NCBI GenBank assembly: GCA_016181525.1
Contig: JACOZD010000013.1
Span: 5,960 to 55,005 of the forward strand
Source of the DNA: Candidatus Tayloriibacteriota bacterium
GTDB lineage: Bacteria > Patescibacteriota > Minisyncoccia > Phycocordibacterales > JACOZD01
Reading direction: 5' to 3'
DNA: 49,046 bases
This document shows positions 9,096 through 18,282 of this stretch, in pieces. The position numbers and the translations under genes are program-made. Every line of letters starts with the position of its first letter. Positions within the stretch are counted from its first letter, which is position 1. The notes below the pieces were generated by a model. The model saw nothing but the letters and a program-made list of their open reading frames with translations. It was not told the origin of the DNA and searched no databases.

Positions 9096-9591
9096 AGGAG
9101 TTCTTAAGAATGGCGCCGGCATAAAACGTTTGGCTCTTGAAAGAATTGCCTTCCCCGCTCTCGAGGGTAAGTTCAACCCGGACAGCGTTGGATAAACCGC
9201 TGTCCAGGCGGTAAACGACAAAGTTCGCAACCGAGACACTCCCCGGGGTGAGAAAGCCGGCCGGCGCGCCATTCTTCTCCAAAGCCAAAGCCGAACCCTG
9301 AAGATAGAAATCAGTCGTGGTGGTGCCGACCGAGAGAGAGAGCCGGCCGGGGTGCGAGCCCAAGGTGCTGGAGGCAATGTTGACGCTCTTGGCCGAGTTA
9401 GCCTCGCGAATTAGACGTTCGAGCGCCGTCCCGGCCGAGCGCTCGATGCGGGCGGCCGAGCGCATCCTCGAATACGAACGGCCGATTAAAACCAGAATCT
9501 GGATGGTCAGGGCGAAGATAATGGTCAAGACCGCCACGTAAACAATCATCTCCGGCATTGAGTATCCTCTGTTGCGTTTATTTTCCATCAT
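9085..9591 (-). CDS. Prepilin-type N-terminal cleavage/methylation protein (minor pilin, PilW/GspJ-like)
   Basis: MMENKRNRG|YSMPEMIVYVAVLTIIFAL is a class III signal-like sequence. Start at 9591, immediately after the stop of the upstream pilin gene. Confidence 0.7.
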   Translation of the reverse strand: MMENKRNRGYSMPEMIVYVAVLTIIFALTIQILVLIGRSYSRMRSAARIERSAGTALERLIREANSAKSVNIASSTLGSHPGRLSLSVGTTTTDFYLQGSALALEKNGAPAGFLTPGSVSVANFVVYRLDSGLSNAVRVELTLESGEGNSFKSQTFYAGAILKNSYEK

Positions 9592-9592
9592 C

Positions 9593-10084
9593 TTAGTTGG
9601 CGAACAAATCGGCAACGTAAACCGAGGCCGAGCGGCTGGTGGTGGCCTGGCCAACTGACCAGGAGACGGTGACAGCCATTTTCTTAGTGCCGGCGTCAAG
9701 CGTACCGCTTGGGACGATGTTGTCTTCGCTGTCGCGGTAAACATCGCTGAAGCGAATCTGGCGCTCAAAAACGCCGTCAATATATTGATTGAGAGTGGAG
9801 ATAGACCAGGCCGAACCATCGAAAGTCAGATAATAAGGCGTATTGGAAACTCTGCCGGCGATATTGCCGCTCCAGCCGCTGTCGCGCATAAACTTAACCG
9901 CCTCAATGGCCTCCTCGATGAGCAGAGTGGCCTGCATAGCCCGCGTCCCGCGGAGCGCGGCCGAGAGAAAGGCCCCGTAAGCGCCAAGGATGGCCAGAGT
10001 GGCCGTGAGGATGATGGCCGCCCCGACAACCACCTCCAGAGCTGAAAAACCTTTTTCGGTGTTTGATTTTTTCATGCTTATCAC
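9593..10084 (-). CDS. Prepilin-type minor pilin (PilV/GspI-like)
   Basis: KKSNTEKG|FSALEVVVGAAIILTATLAIL prepilin motif with Glu at +5. Confidence 0.75.
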   Translation of the reverse strand: MISMKKSNTEKGFSALEVVVGAAIILTATLAILGAYGAFLSAALRGTRAMQATLLIEEAIEAVKFMRDSGWSGNIAGRVSNTPYYLTFDGSAWSISTLNQYIDGVFERQIRFSDVYRDSEDNIVPSGTLDAGTKKMAVTVSWSVGQATTSRSASVYVADLFAN

Positions 10085-10518
10085 TCGATTAGACCGGTTC
10101 CATGAATGGTTACAGTCTCCGAGAGCGAGCCGGACGTTACCGTCACCGAGCCGCTCTCATTGGTCTCTCCAGTCAACCGCTTGAAGGTCACATCCAGCCC
10201 GCCGCCGGAGAGCGAAACGGCGGAAATCTCCACCCCGACTGGAAGATTGTAAACTTTGTTCGTGGTCGTGGCCGGGTCGTAATTTGCTCCTCTGAAGAGA
10301 GTAATGGTGGTGGTGGCCAGACGGACTCCGTACTGACTGTCGAACTTGGAGGCCAAGGTTTGCGTCCTAGCGTCGTTTAAGACGGCCGTCACAATCTCCC
10401 GCCCCCCCGCGACGCTCTGCCTGCCTTTGTAACTGACGAAGGTGGAGAAAGAAAAGGCGGCTAGGAGAGAGATGACGCCAATGACGATAAGCATTTCAAT
10501 GAGGGTAAAGCCGCGCAT
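10081..10518 (-). CDS. Type IV pilin / GspH-FimT-like pseudopilin
   Basis: MRG|FTLIEMLIVIGVISLLAA is a canonical prepilin cleavage/methylation motif. Length 145 aa. Confidence 0.8.
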   Translation of the reverse strand: MRGFTLIEMLIVIGVISLLAAFSFSTFVSYKGRQSVAGGREIVTAVLNDARTQTLASKFDSQYGVRLATTTITLFRGANYDPATTTNKVYNLPVGVEISAVSLSGGGLDVTFKRLTGETNESGSVTVTSGSLSETVTIHGTGLIE

Positions 10519-10521
10519 GAA

Positions 10522-11733
10522 TCAGATAAAGTTAACTAAAGAGTACATGGGCGCAATCATCGACACCGCAAAGAAACCGACAATGGCGCCGATAATCACC
10601 ATAAGAATCGGCTCGATTGCCACCGACAGGTCCTTGGTTTTCTGGTCCACCTCCGTCTCGTAGTGAGTGGCGATGCCGGATAGGAGTTCTCCAAGTTTGC
10701 CCGTCTCCTCACCCACACTGACCATCTCGCCCACGAACGGCGGATAGAGATGCTCGTGGGCCAAGAAATACCGCGAAAGCGGGTCACCCCTCGCCACCAC
10801 CTCGGCCGAACGCTCCATGACCTCCCGGTAAAAGGAGTTCTGGAGAACCTCGGCCGTCACCCCCGCGGCAAAAACCATATCTACTCCAGCCGAAAGCAGA
10901 GAGGAGAGCGTCCGGGCAGTCCGGGCGGAGTTGGCCTCTTTGGTCATCTCACCAATAATGGGCAAGTGAAGGAAAACAAACTCAAACAGTCTCTTGACCG
11001 CCGGCAGTCTCAAAGCAAAAGCGCCGCCGGCAATAAGAATAATCAATATCGAAAGCGACAAAATGAGATTGTCTTTGAGGAAAGAACTGGCGGCGATGAT
11101 AATCCTGGTGTTAAGAGGCAGCGGCACTTTAAGCTCGTTGAAAGTGGCGGTCAGGGTCGGGACGACAAAAATAAGCATGAGAATGGCAATAATGATGATG
11201 ACCGAAACGATAATGGCCGGGTAAATCATGGCCCCTCTGATTTTCTTGCGCAGAAGGTATATCGAGTGCATCTGGGTGGCGATGGAGGAGAGAGACTCTG
11301 CCAGCCGACCGCTCTCCTCGCCGGCTCTGACCATAGCCACAAAAAGCCGCGAGAACACTCTGGGCTCGGAGGCCAGGGTTTCCGAGAAGGGTTTACCGCT
11401 CCGGACCGCTTCAGAAAGTCGGCTCAAGACGCCTTTGAGTCTGCGCTTGCGCGCCTGCCGCTCCAGAACCGAGAGAGCCCTAGAGAGAGACAGACCGGCG
11501 CTAATCATCGAGCCAAGATTACGGGCCATGATAATTTTCTCGATGGTTTTGATGCGGCCGAAACCAGTCAAAAAACCGGCAATAAAGTTTTTTTCTTTGA
11601 ACTCCTTGGCCTCGAGAGCGGTGTCGCCCCGAGCGCGGATTTCGCGATAGAGAGCGAATTTATCGGCCGCCTCGGCTACTCCCTCGTAAAGCTCTCGGCC
11701 GCCCCGCAGTGCTTTGTACTTAAAAGTGGTCAT
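10522..11733 (-). CDS. pilC: Type IV pilus platform protein PilC (GspF family)
   Basis: Two T2SS-F repeats and three TM segments. Start moved to the ATG at 11733 (MTTFKYKALRGG), just after the pilB stop at 11738. Confidence 0.9.
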   Translation of the reverse strand: MTTFKYKALRGGRELYEGVAEAADKFALYREIRARGDTALEAKEFKEKNFIAGFLTGFGRIKTIEKIIMARNLGSMISAGLSLSRALSVLERQARKRRLKGVLSRLSEAVRSGKPFSETLASEPRVFSRLFVAMVRAGEESGRLAESLSSIATQMHSIYLLRKKIRGAMIYPAIIVSVIIIIAILMLIFVVPTLTATFNELKVPLPLNTRIIIAASSFLKDNLILSLSILIILIAGGAFALRLPAVKRLFEFVFLHLPIIGEMTKEANSARTARTLSSLLSAGVDMVFAAGVTAEVLQNSFYREVMERSAEVVARGDPLSRYFLAHEHLYPPFVGEMVSVGEETGKLGELLSGIATHYETEVDQKTKDLSVAIEPILMVIIGAIVGFFAVSMIAPMYSLVNFI

Positions 11734-11737
11734 GGAC

Positions 11738-13471
11738 TTACTCACTGGCCACGCGCAAAACTTCCTCAATGGTAGTGACGCCGGCGGCGGCCTTGAAAAT
11801 ACCGTCCTCAATCATGGTGAGCATGCCCTCCTTTCGAGCTTCGCTCTCAACGGCCTCGGTCGAGGCGGCCTTAAGAACCAGCTCTCGGATGGCCGGACTA
11901 ACCATCAAAACCTCATGGATGCAGAGGCGTCCCGAGTAACCATCGCGAAACTCATCGGTCGGTCTGGGTTTCCAGAAAGGAATTTTATCCCAGCCGGCGC
12001 CCGGCGAGACGATACTCTCGCTCTTCAAAGCTCCGAGCACCCGCTCGAGATTGGCCCGTCGGCCAAGCGACCCCAGCTCGCTCTTGGACAAAAAATATTT
12101 TTCGCGGCTCTCGGTCAGCCGGCGCACCAGCCGCTGGCCGATAACGGCGTTTACGGTCGAGACCAAAAGAAAGGGTTCGACCTTCATGTCGAGGAGACGC
12201 GGCATGGCGCCGGAGGCCGAATTGGTGTGTAAAGTGGAAAGCACCAGATGGCCGGTTAAGGCGGCGTTGATGGCCAAGCCGGCCGTCTCGTTATCACGAA
12301 TCTCACCGACCATGATGATGTCGGGGTCCTGCCGAACCAGCGAGCGCAGACCGTTCGCAAAGCTAAAGCCGATGTCGGGTTTGACCTGCGTTTGATTGAC
12401 TCTGGGAATTTGGTATTCAATCGGGTCTTCAATGGTGGAGATGTTGATGTCTCGAGTGTTGAGAATATCAATCAGAGTGTAGAGGGTGGTGGTCTTGCCG
12501 GAGCCGGTGGGGCCGGTGGTGAGGAGCAGGCCAACCTTTTGTCTCACCGCCTGATGCAGATGCTCCATGGCCTCGCCGTGAAAGCCGATGCCCTCGAGAC
12601 TGAAGCCCGAGGCCGCCTCGCGCAGGAGGCGCATGGCCACCTTCTCGCCGAAGTAAACCGGCAAAACAGAAACCCGGAAAGAAATTTTCTCTCCATTGAT
12701 ATCCATCTTAAAACGGCCGTCCTGGGGCAGGCGCTTTTCGTCGAGCTTCAAGTTGGAGAGGACCTTAATGCGAGCCACCATGGCCGGCGCCACCGTCTTC
12801 GGCAAAACCATAGCGTCATGGAGAATGCCGTCAATGCGGTAACGAACCAAAAGTTCGCTCTCTCCCGGCTCGATGTGAACATCCGAGGCGTTCTGGATAA
12901 GGGCATGCTTGAGAAGCGTGTCCACAATGCGCACCACCGGCAGCTCGTCCGAAAGCTTGGAGAGGTCACTAACCCTCTCTCCCCGCTCCTCGACCGCCGC
13001 CGCCTCGCGTTTGACAATGTCGCCGAACTCGGCCTTAAGACTCTTTTGATACTGCAAGAGCGCCGACTTGATGGACTCGCGGCTGGTCAGCCGCGGCAGA
13101 ATTTTGAGGGCAACTTTCTTTTTGATAAAGTCAATCTGGCGCAGGTCGTCGGCGTCTAGCATGGCCACTTCAAGACCCTTATCGCTCCTTTTGTAGGCCA
13201 CGATGTTCCAGGTTCTGGCCACCGGCTCGGGGATGAGGGAGAGGGTGTCAAAGTCAATGCGCACCCCGCGCAGGTCTACGAAGGGGATGCCTAAAATATA
13301 GGCCTGGATGCGTCTAAGGTCGTCCTCGGTAATCTTGCCCTGATTGACCAAAACCTCGCCCAAGTCTCCTTTGTTTTCTTTGGCCTCGCGCTCGGCCCGC
13401 TCGAGGTCATGGCCGGAGACCAGATTGGCGTCGGTAATAAAGGTTTTCAGCTGCTTCTCCTCGATAAACAT
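11738..13471 (-). CDS. pilB: Type IV pilus assembly ATPase PilB (GspE family)
   Basis: Walker A GPTGSGKTTT, Walker B DPDIIMVGEIRD, His box TGHLVLSTLHTN, and an N-terminal GSPII_E_N-like domain. Confidence 0.95.
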   Translation of the reverse strand: MFIEEKQLKTFITDANLVSGHDLERAEREAKENKGDLGEVLVNQGKITEDDLRRIQAYILGIPFVDLRGVRIDFDTLSLIPEPVARTWNIVAYKRSDKGLEVAMLDADDLRQIDFIKKKVALKILPRLTSRESIKSALLQYQKSLKAEFGDIVKREAAAVEERGERVSDLSKLSDELPVVRIVDTLLKHALIQNASDVHIEPGESELLVRYRIDGILHDAMVLPKTVAPAMVARIKVLSNLKLDEKRLPQDGRFKMDINGEKISFRVSVLPVYFGEKVAMRLLREAASGFSLEGIGFHGEAMEHLHQAVRQKVGLLLTTGPTGSGKTTTLYTLIDILNTRDINISTIEDPIEYQIPRVNQTQVKPDIGFSFANGLRSLVRQDPDIIMVGEIRDNETAGLAINAALTGHLVLSTLHTNSASGAMPRLLDMKVEPFLLVSTVNAVIGQRLVRRLTESREKYFLSKSELGSLGRRANLERVLGALKSESIVSPGAGWDKIPFWKPRPTDEFRDGYSGRLCIHEVLMVSPAIRELVLKAASTEAVESEARKEGMLTMIEDGIFKAAAGVTTIEEVLRVASE

Positions 13472-13493
13472 GCACCATTAAGTATACTCCAAC

Positions 13494-13519
13494 AAAAAAA
13501 CTCACCCGATGTGGGTAAG
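13494..13519 (-). terminator. Intrinsic terminator between the surface-protein genes and pilB
   Basis: Minus strand reads cttacccacatcgggtgag followed by TTTTTTT. The stem has 7 positions with one mismatch, and the loop is 5 nt. Confidence 0.6.
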
Positions 13520-13580
13520 TTTCCGAGCTCACAGTCGTTTTGAAAAAACTTGAGCCAAAGCGGCCGAATTCAACCCGTTG

Positions 13581-14242
13581 CTAAAAGAGATCCAGACACC
13601 GAACAAAGAAGCCCGACCTTACGCTGTTCGAAACACCAAGCCAATGGTACTTTCCCTGCGCGGTTTGACCGGGGTTAGCCGGGTCGAGAAAAAGTCTCTT
13701 CTCATGAGTACCCACGTCATCATCAACGTCGCCGACCATAAAGCAGATATGGTGCCAGCCGAGGTCAACCACGGTGGTGCTTATAACTACTTCAGGACCC
13801 AATGAAGGCAAAGTAGCCATGCATTTTTCACCCCCGCCCGAAAGGGCGATACAAACATCTTCACTGGACTTAATCTTGCCGCCGACATCCAACCTATTTC
13901 GCGGATTAGGGACGTTTATGCCGACTTGACCGACTCCGTCGGTGGCCAGGAAGGTGTTCGAAGTAACTTCCAGCTTGGTTGTCTTGGTTTTGCCACTGAC
14001 CTCAAGCGGCACTTGAGGCGTCGCAGGATAAGACAAACCGACTCCAACATTGCCATACAAAACGCTCTGGCCTCCGACAGTGAGCGAGCCGAGGTCGAGT
14101 CCGCCGGCTTTGCTCTGGCTCTGCGAGCCGGTGTGCACTGGCGGGTTGCAGGCGGGATTTGATAACGGGCAACTCGGCGGGCCGCCAGGATGGCGGCTAG
14201 GATAATGATTTTTAGATTGTCAATTAAGAAACTCGGCTTCAT
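13581..14242 (-). pseudogene. Frameshifted paralogue of the 14270-15298 surface protein, with a different Cys-containing C-terminal domain
   Basis: The start and signal anchor are intact (MKPSFLIDNLKIIILAAILAA, ATG at 14242). Relative to the paralogue, 46 nt are missing at about 14180, which shifts the frame. The homologous sequence PPSCPLSNPACNPPVHTGSQSQSKAGGLDLGSL continues in the ORF 13581-14138. Confidence 0.55.
14081..14179. repeat. 99-bp segment identical to 15073-15171
   Basis: Base-by-base comparison of tgagcgagccgaggtcgag...gataacgggcaactcggcg in both loci. Confidence 0.9.
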
Positions 14243-14269
14243 ATTTGGATAATTATAATTATAAACCAA

Positions 14270-15298
14270 CTAGTACCAAACAATAACCCTGCCTTTTGCT
14301 CCGTTGCTGCCGCTCGAAACCAGAGAGCAGTCGGTCACCTTCTCACCTCCCGCCCCTCCTCCGCCGGGGACAGTCGCCCGACCCGCGCCAAGAGGCGCCC
14401 CGGCCCCGCCTTTGGGAGAGTCGCCTCCCGCCCCGCCTCTCGTTCCAATCTTTCCAGCTCCCCCATCACCTCCAGAAAAAAGAATTCCGCCCGCGCTGCC
14501 GACTCCCCCCGCCCCGCCCAGCCCGGCATCGTAGCTGCCTCCTCCAGCGCCTCCGGCGCCTCCAGTGGCAACTGCGTTCGAGGCGAAGCTCGAGCTCCCG
14601 CCGGCGGCGCCATTGCCGCCGGAACCCAGCGCACCCACTCCAACACCGCCAGCGCCTACAGAGACAGAGTACGAAGTTCCCGGGCTAACGGGAACAATAT
14701 CGGCCGCATATCCGCCTCCTCCGCCCCCTCCGCCTGCCCCCCCATCCCCACCAGAGCAGTACTGGCCTCCGCCTCCGCCTCCTCCTCCCCAAACTTCGAC
14801 AAAAATCTTTGTCACACCGGCTGGCGCTGTCCAAGATTGAGCGCCGACAGCCGTAAACATCTGAACACCATCAAATCGCACCCCCAAACCCCCTGTGGGC
14901 GCAAGCCAAGAAGCGGTGCCGCCAGCATTTGAGGTAAGGATGTAGCCATCCGCAGCGCCCTCGGTCATCTTAAATTTCGTGGTCACAATCTTGCCGGCGA
15001 CCTCCAATTCCGACGCTGGACTCATAACACCTACCCCAACCTTGCCCGCGAAGTATGAACCTCCATTAACAATGAGCGAGCCGAGGTCGAGTCCGCCGGC
15101 TTTGCTCTGGCTCTGCGAGCCGGTGTGCACTGGCGGGTTGCAGGCGGGATTTGATAACGGGCAACTCGGCGATAACGGGCAACTCGGCGGCGTGCCAGTT
15201 GGGGGGTCGCTCCAGGCGCCGAGCGAGCCGATGCCGGCCGCCAGGATGGCGGCTAGGATAATAACCTTGGCGTTTTGCAAAATTGTTTCTTTGCTCAT
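14270..15298 (-). CDS. Membrane-anchored surface protein with a glycine-rich (tail-fibre-like) C-terminal domain
   Basis: Signal anchor, then AWSDPPTGTPP...HTGSQSQSKAGGLDLGSL, then WTAPAGVTKIFVEVWGGGGGGG followed by long GGxGG tracts. It ends GRVIVWY. Confidence 0.8.
   Translation of the reverse strand: MSKETILQNAKVIILAAILAAGIGSLGAWSDPPTGTPPSCPLSPSCPLSNPACNPPVHTGSQSQSKAGGLDLGSLIVNGGSYFAGKVGVGVMSPASELEVAGKIVTTKFKMTEGAADGYILTSNAGGTASWLAPTGGLGVRFDGVQMFTAVGAQSWTAPAGVTKIFVEVWGGGGGGGGQYCSGGDGGAGGGGGGGGYAADIVPVSPGTSYSVSVGAGGVGVGALGSGGNGAAGGSSSFASNAVATGGAGGAGGGSYDAGLGGAGGVGSAGGILFSGGDGGAGKIGTRGGAGGDSPKGGAGAPLGAGRATVPGGGGAGGEKVTDCSLVSSGSNGAKGRVIVWY
15073..15171. repeat. 99-bp segment identical to 14081-14179
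   Basis: See the partner repeat. Confidence 0.9.
15153..15188. repeat. Perfect 18-bp tandem duplication (gataacgggcaactcggc x2) inside the CDS
   Basis: Read directly. It encodes PSCPLS-PSCPLS. The paralogue has a single copy. Confidence 0.9.
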
Positions 15299-15383
15299 GT
15301 TTTCAAAATTTTTAAACTTTTGAAGTATTTTATATTTGTATCATTCGTCCAGATTCGCAATCACTCGTGTATTGGCGACGCGA

Positions 15384-15725
15384 TTACTCTCTTAAACTAT
15401 CCAAAAGCTTCAACCGCTCCTCTCTGGAGAGGGGATTGTTATTATTGTTCAACCGGTCAAGCATTCTATATGTTTGAGAGGGAGGCCGCGAAACACCCTC
15501 TTTCTTAAGCCGCTCCAGTATCTCAATCCGCTCGGCCTCGGAGAGCGGTCGGTTGACTACCGGCGATTCAGAAGAAGGTCTCGGCACAGTCAGAAGGAGA
15601 ACCGTCAACCGCGTGATAATCTGGGCCTCGATGGCGATGACGGCAACCAGGAACCAAAAAAGGGGCCGATGGAGAGGGATTAGCGCTTTGCCTTTGTCGT
15701 AACTGGTTTTGGTTATGAGAGTCAT
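15384..15725 (-). CDS. Small membrane protein with two PLSxxER(I/L)xxLxxL repeats
   Basis: Start moved to the ATG at 15725 (MTLITKTSYDKG); the longer track ORF overlaps the upstream gene. One TM helix (LFWFLVAVIAIEAQII). Confidence 0.5.
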   Translation of the reverse strand: MTLITKTSYDKGKALIPLHRPLFWFLVAVIAIEAQIITRLTVLLLTVPRPSSESPVVNRPLSEAERIEILERLKKEGVSRPPSQTYRMLDRLNNNNNPLSREERLKLLDSLRE

Positions 15726-15759
15726 ATCAACAAATTTTAATATTTTCCGGGCGTCTCTG

Positions 15760-17007
15760 CTACTGCTCGATAAATATCGGCCGGTTGGAGATGCGCACCG
15801 CGCAGGAACCGCTCCCAAGAGGCGTGGAACCGGAAAAGACCTCAACATTGGCCGATTTTAATCCGATAGTTGAGTAAACCTTGACAAAAGGATTGCCCGA
15901 GCCGGTACCGGCAATATCAGTACCTGTCCAGCGGTAAGCGTATGGAGCGGACTCCGAAACCGGATTGCCGTCTATGGACAAGACCCTCCAGTAAACCGGC
16001 GAGCCGACCCTTTGGGCCGAGAGGGCCGGGCCGGTCGGAGAAGCGTGGGGCTGGCAGAAAACGGAATCGGGCGGCGGAGGCGGAGGAGGTGGGGGCGGCG
16101 AGGTGGAGTCTATTACTTTCACGCTAAAGGCGGTGGAGGAGACCGGCGGCGGATCGCCCGAAACCGAAACGGCGTAACTGCCGACCGGCACGCCGCTCTG
16201 GATGGTGACGGTTAAGACCGGCGAGGGAGAGCAGACGGCCGGATTGGAGCCGGAGTTAGGAGTGCAACTCTGATTTGCCCAGGTGTAGGAGAAGCCGGAC
16301 TCCCCCGAGGCCGTGAGACGCACGGACTGCGCTGTGCCGCTTAGGAGCGCGACGGTTATGGTGTTTGAGCCGCTCAAGGTCGCGTTTTTGTTAATAGTAA
16401 TCTCTGGATTCACTGCCTGGACGGTGTAAGCGAACCTCTCCGCCGGGCGGGCCGCCACGGCGTCAAAACTTAACCAACCCATATTCAACCCACCCCAGGC
16501 ATACCCTCCAAACTGGCCCGTGACGCTGTCGTAAGTCACTTGATAAGTAGTGTTGTTATTAATATCGCTGCCCTTAAGACTGAACCAGCCGTCCCAGCCG
16601 CCGGCCGCGGCGTCGGTCGCCGAGACGCAATCTCTCTGTATGGTGGCCCCGCAAGCCCTAGCCCAGCCCTCAAAGCCGTTGCCGGCGCTAGTCTGTCTGG
16701 CGTTTGCTGATACCGTGCCCGCGCCAAGAGGAAAGCCGGAAAGCCCTCCGAACTTTATCCAACCAAGACTCCCCGACCAGGCCAAACCGTCAAGCTCGCC
16801 GCCGGATTTCAAAATGACCTTGTAGTTTGGGTCGCAGATATTGCGGTCGGCGCAGTTGACGCTTATCCAGCCGCTATTACCTGACCAAAGCCAGCCCGAA
16901 AGCTCCACGTCGCTTTGAGCGCTGGTATCTTGGACGCTCAAAAAAACAAAAGCCGCCGCCGTTACCAAAAAGGCCAGCCAAACTCGAGCGGCACGAGAAA
17001 AGCGCAT
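15760..17007 (-). CDS. Secreted repeat protein (GW-x-W-S-x-x-x-GWI repeats, poly-Pro linker, PKD-like C-terminal domain)
   Basis: Signal peptide MRFSRAARVWLAFLVTAAAFVFLSVQDTSAQ. Repeats SGWLWSGNSGWISVN, GLAWSGSLGWIKFG and GYAWGGLNMGWLSFD. A P10 tract, then YRWTGTD. Confidence 0.8.
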   Translation of the reverse strand: MRFSRAARVWLAFLVTAAAFVFLSVQDTSAQSDVELSGWLWSGNSGWISVNCADRNICDPNYKVILKSGGELDGLAWSGSLGWIKFGGLSGFPLGAGTVSANARQTSAGNGFEGWARACGATIQRDCVSATDAAAGGWDGWFSLKGSDINNNTTYQVTYDSVTGQFGGYAWGGLNMGWLSFDAVAARPAERFAYTVQAVNPEITINKNATLSGSNTITVALLSGTAQSVRLTASGESGFSYTWANQSCTPNSGSNPAVCSPSPVLTVTIQSGVPVGSYAVSVSGDPPPVSSTAFSVKVIDSTSPPPPPPPPPPDSVFCQPHASPTGPALSAQRVGSPVYWRVLSIDGNPVSESAPYAYRWTGTDIAGTGSGNPFVKVYSTIGLKSANVEVFSGSTPLGSGSCAVRISNRPIFIEQ

Positions 17008-17118
17008 GCAGAAATTTTATCACGCCAATATAAGGTCGGCTGTTGATAACTTTTTATAATTTGCTAAGATAGAATCATAAGTTCGCCCCGGGCGGGCTTT
17101 TTTAATAAAATATCAATC

Positions 17119-18261
17119 ATGAGCTTTGACTTAAAAGTTATAAACTCGGTTTTGGAGCAATTAGAAGAGGAGCGCGGCATCCCCCGCGACAAAGCCCTCG
17201 AGGCCATCGAGATGGCCCTGGCCACCGCCTACAAAAAGGAATACGGCAAGCGAGGACAAATAATCAGGGCCAAGTTCGACCCCGAGAGCGGAGCCGCCTC
17301 CTTTTTTCAAGTAAAGATTGTGGCGGACGAGTCAACCGTAACCTTCGACGAAGGCGCGGATAGTGAGGCGGCGGCACCCGGGCTAGAGGGGGCGGAGAAG
17401 GTCCGGTTCAACCCCGAGCATCACATTCTTCTCGACGATGCCAAGAAAATAAAAAAGGATGCCGTCCTCGGCGAAGAAATAATCTTTCCTTTGGAGACCA
17501 AGTCCGACTACGGCCGGATTGCCGCCCAGACGGCCAAACAAGTGATAATCCAGAAAATCCGCGAGGCCGAAAAAATCTCCGTCCTCGGCGAGTATGAAAA
17601 GCGGAAGGGAGAGATAGTGAGCGGCACAGTTCAGCGGATAGAGAGAGGCAACATCTTCGTGGACCTCGGCCGGGCCACAGGTATCCTTCCCTACGAGGAA
17701 CAAATTCCGAGCGAGCGTTACCGGCAGGGAGAGCGCGTCCGGGCCTACCTGGACCGAGTGGACGAGGGTGTTAAAGGAGTATTTCTGCGTCTCTCTCGAG
17801 CCCACCCCAGATTTCTCTCCAAACTCTTCGAGCTGGAGGCGCCGGAAATCGGAAGCGGGGTGGTGGAGATTAAGGCCGTGGCCAGGGAGCCGGGCGGCCG
17901 GTCCAAAATCGCCGTAACCTCCAAAGACTCGCATGTCGACCCCATCGGGGCCATGGTCGGCCAGCGGGGGGTTAGAGTCGGCACAGTGACGAGTGAGCTG
18001 GGCGGCGAGAAGATAGACGTGGTCGAGTGGTCCGATAATCAAACCAAGTTTATCGAAGACGCTCTCTCCCCCGCCAAGGTCTTGGACGTCAAGCTGAATG
18101 AGGAGGAACATAAAGCCACCGTCACGGTGGTCGAGGACCAGCTATCTCTGGCCATCGGCCGGGGAGGGCAAAACGTCCGGCTGGCGGCCAAGCTCACCGG
18201 CTGGAAAATAGACATCAAATCAGAGAGCGGCGAGAGTATGAGCGAAGGAGAGCCGGAATAA
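17119..18261 (+). CDS. nusA: Transcription termination/antitermination factor NusA
   Basis: NusA N-terminal domain, S1 domain ([21 protein letters not shown]) and two KH domains (GQRGVRV; [22 protein letters not shown]). Confidence 0.95.
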   Translation: MSFDLKVINSVLEQLEEERGIPRDKALEAIEMALATAYKKEYGKRGQIIRAKFDPESGAASFFQVKIVADESTVTFDEGADSEAAAPGLEGAEKVRFNPEHHILLDDAKKIKKDAVLGEEIIFPLETKSDYGRIAAQTAKQVIIQKIREAEKISVLGEYEKRKGEIVSGTVQRIERGNIFVDLGRATGILPYEEQIPSERYRQGERVRAYLDRVDEGVKGVFLRLSRAHPRFLSKLFELEAPEIGSGVVEIKAVAREPGGRSKIAVTSKDSHVDPIGAMVGQRGVRVGTVTSELGGEKIDVVEWSDNQTKFIEDALSPAKVLDVKLNEEEHKATVTVVEDQLSLAIGRGGQNVRLAAKLTGWKIDIKSESGESMSEGEPE

Positions 18262-18282
18262 ATTATAAAATATTCGACAACT

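Noticed and set aside
10750-11775. 341-aa plus-strand ORF
   Set aside because: It is antisense to pilC. Its Arg/Gly/Pro-rich composition is typical of the open reverse frames of GC-rich genes.
12392-13159. 255-aa plus-strand ORF
   Set aside because: It is antisense to pilB and has no motifs.
14296-14840. Several Pro-rich ORFs on the plus strand
   Set aside because: They are mirror images of the GGN-rich glycine domain of gene 14270-15298.
14081-15171. The 99-bp repeat as a diversity-generating retroelement TR/VR pair
   Set aside because: The two copies are identical, with no adenine-specific differences. No reverse transcriptase gene is present in the window.
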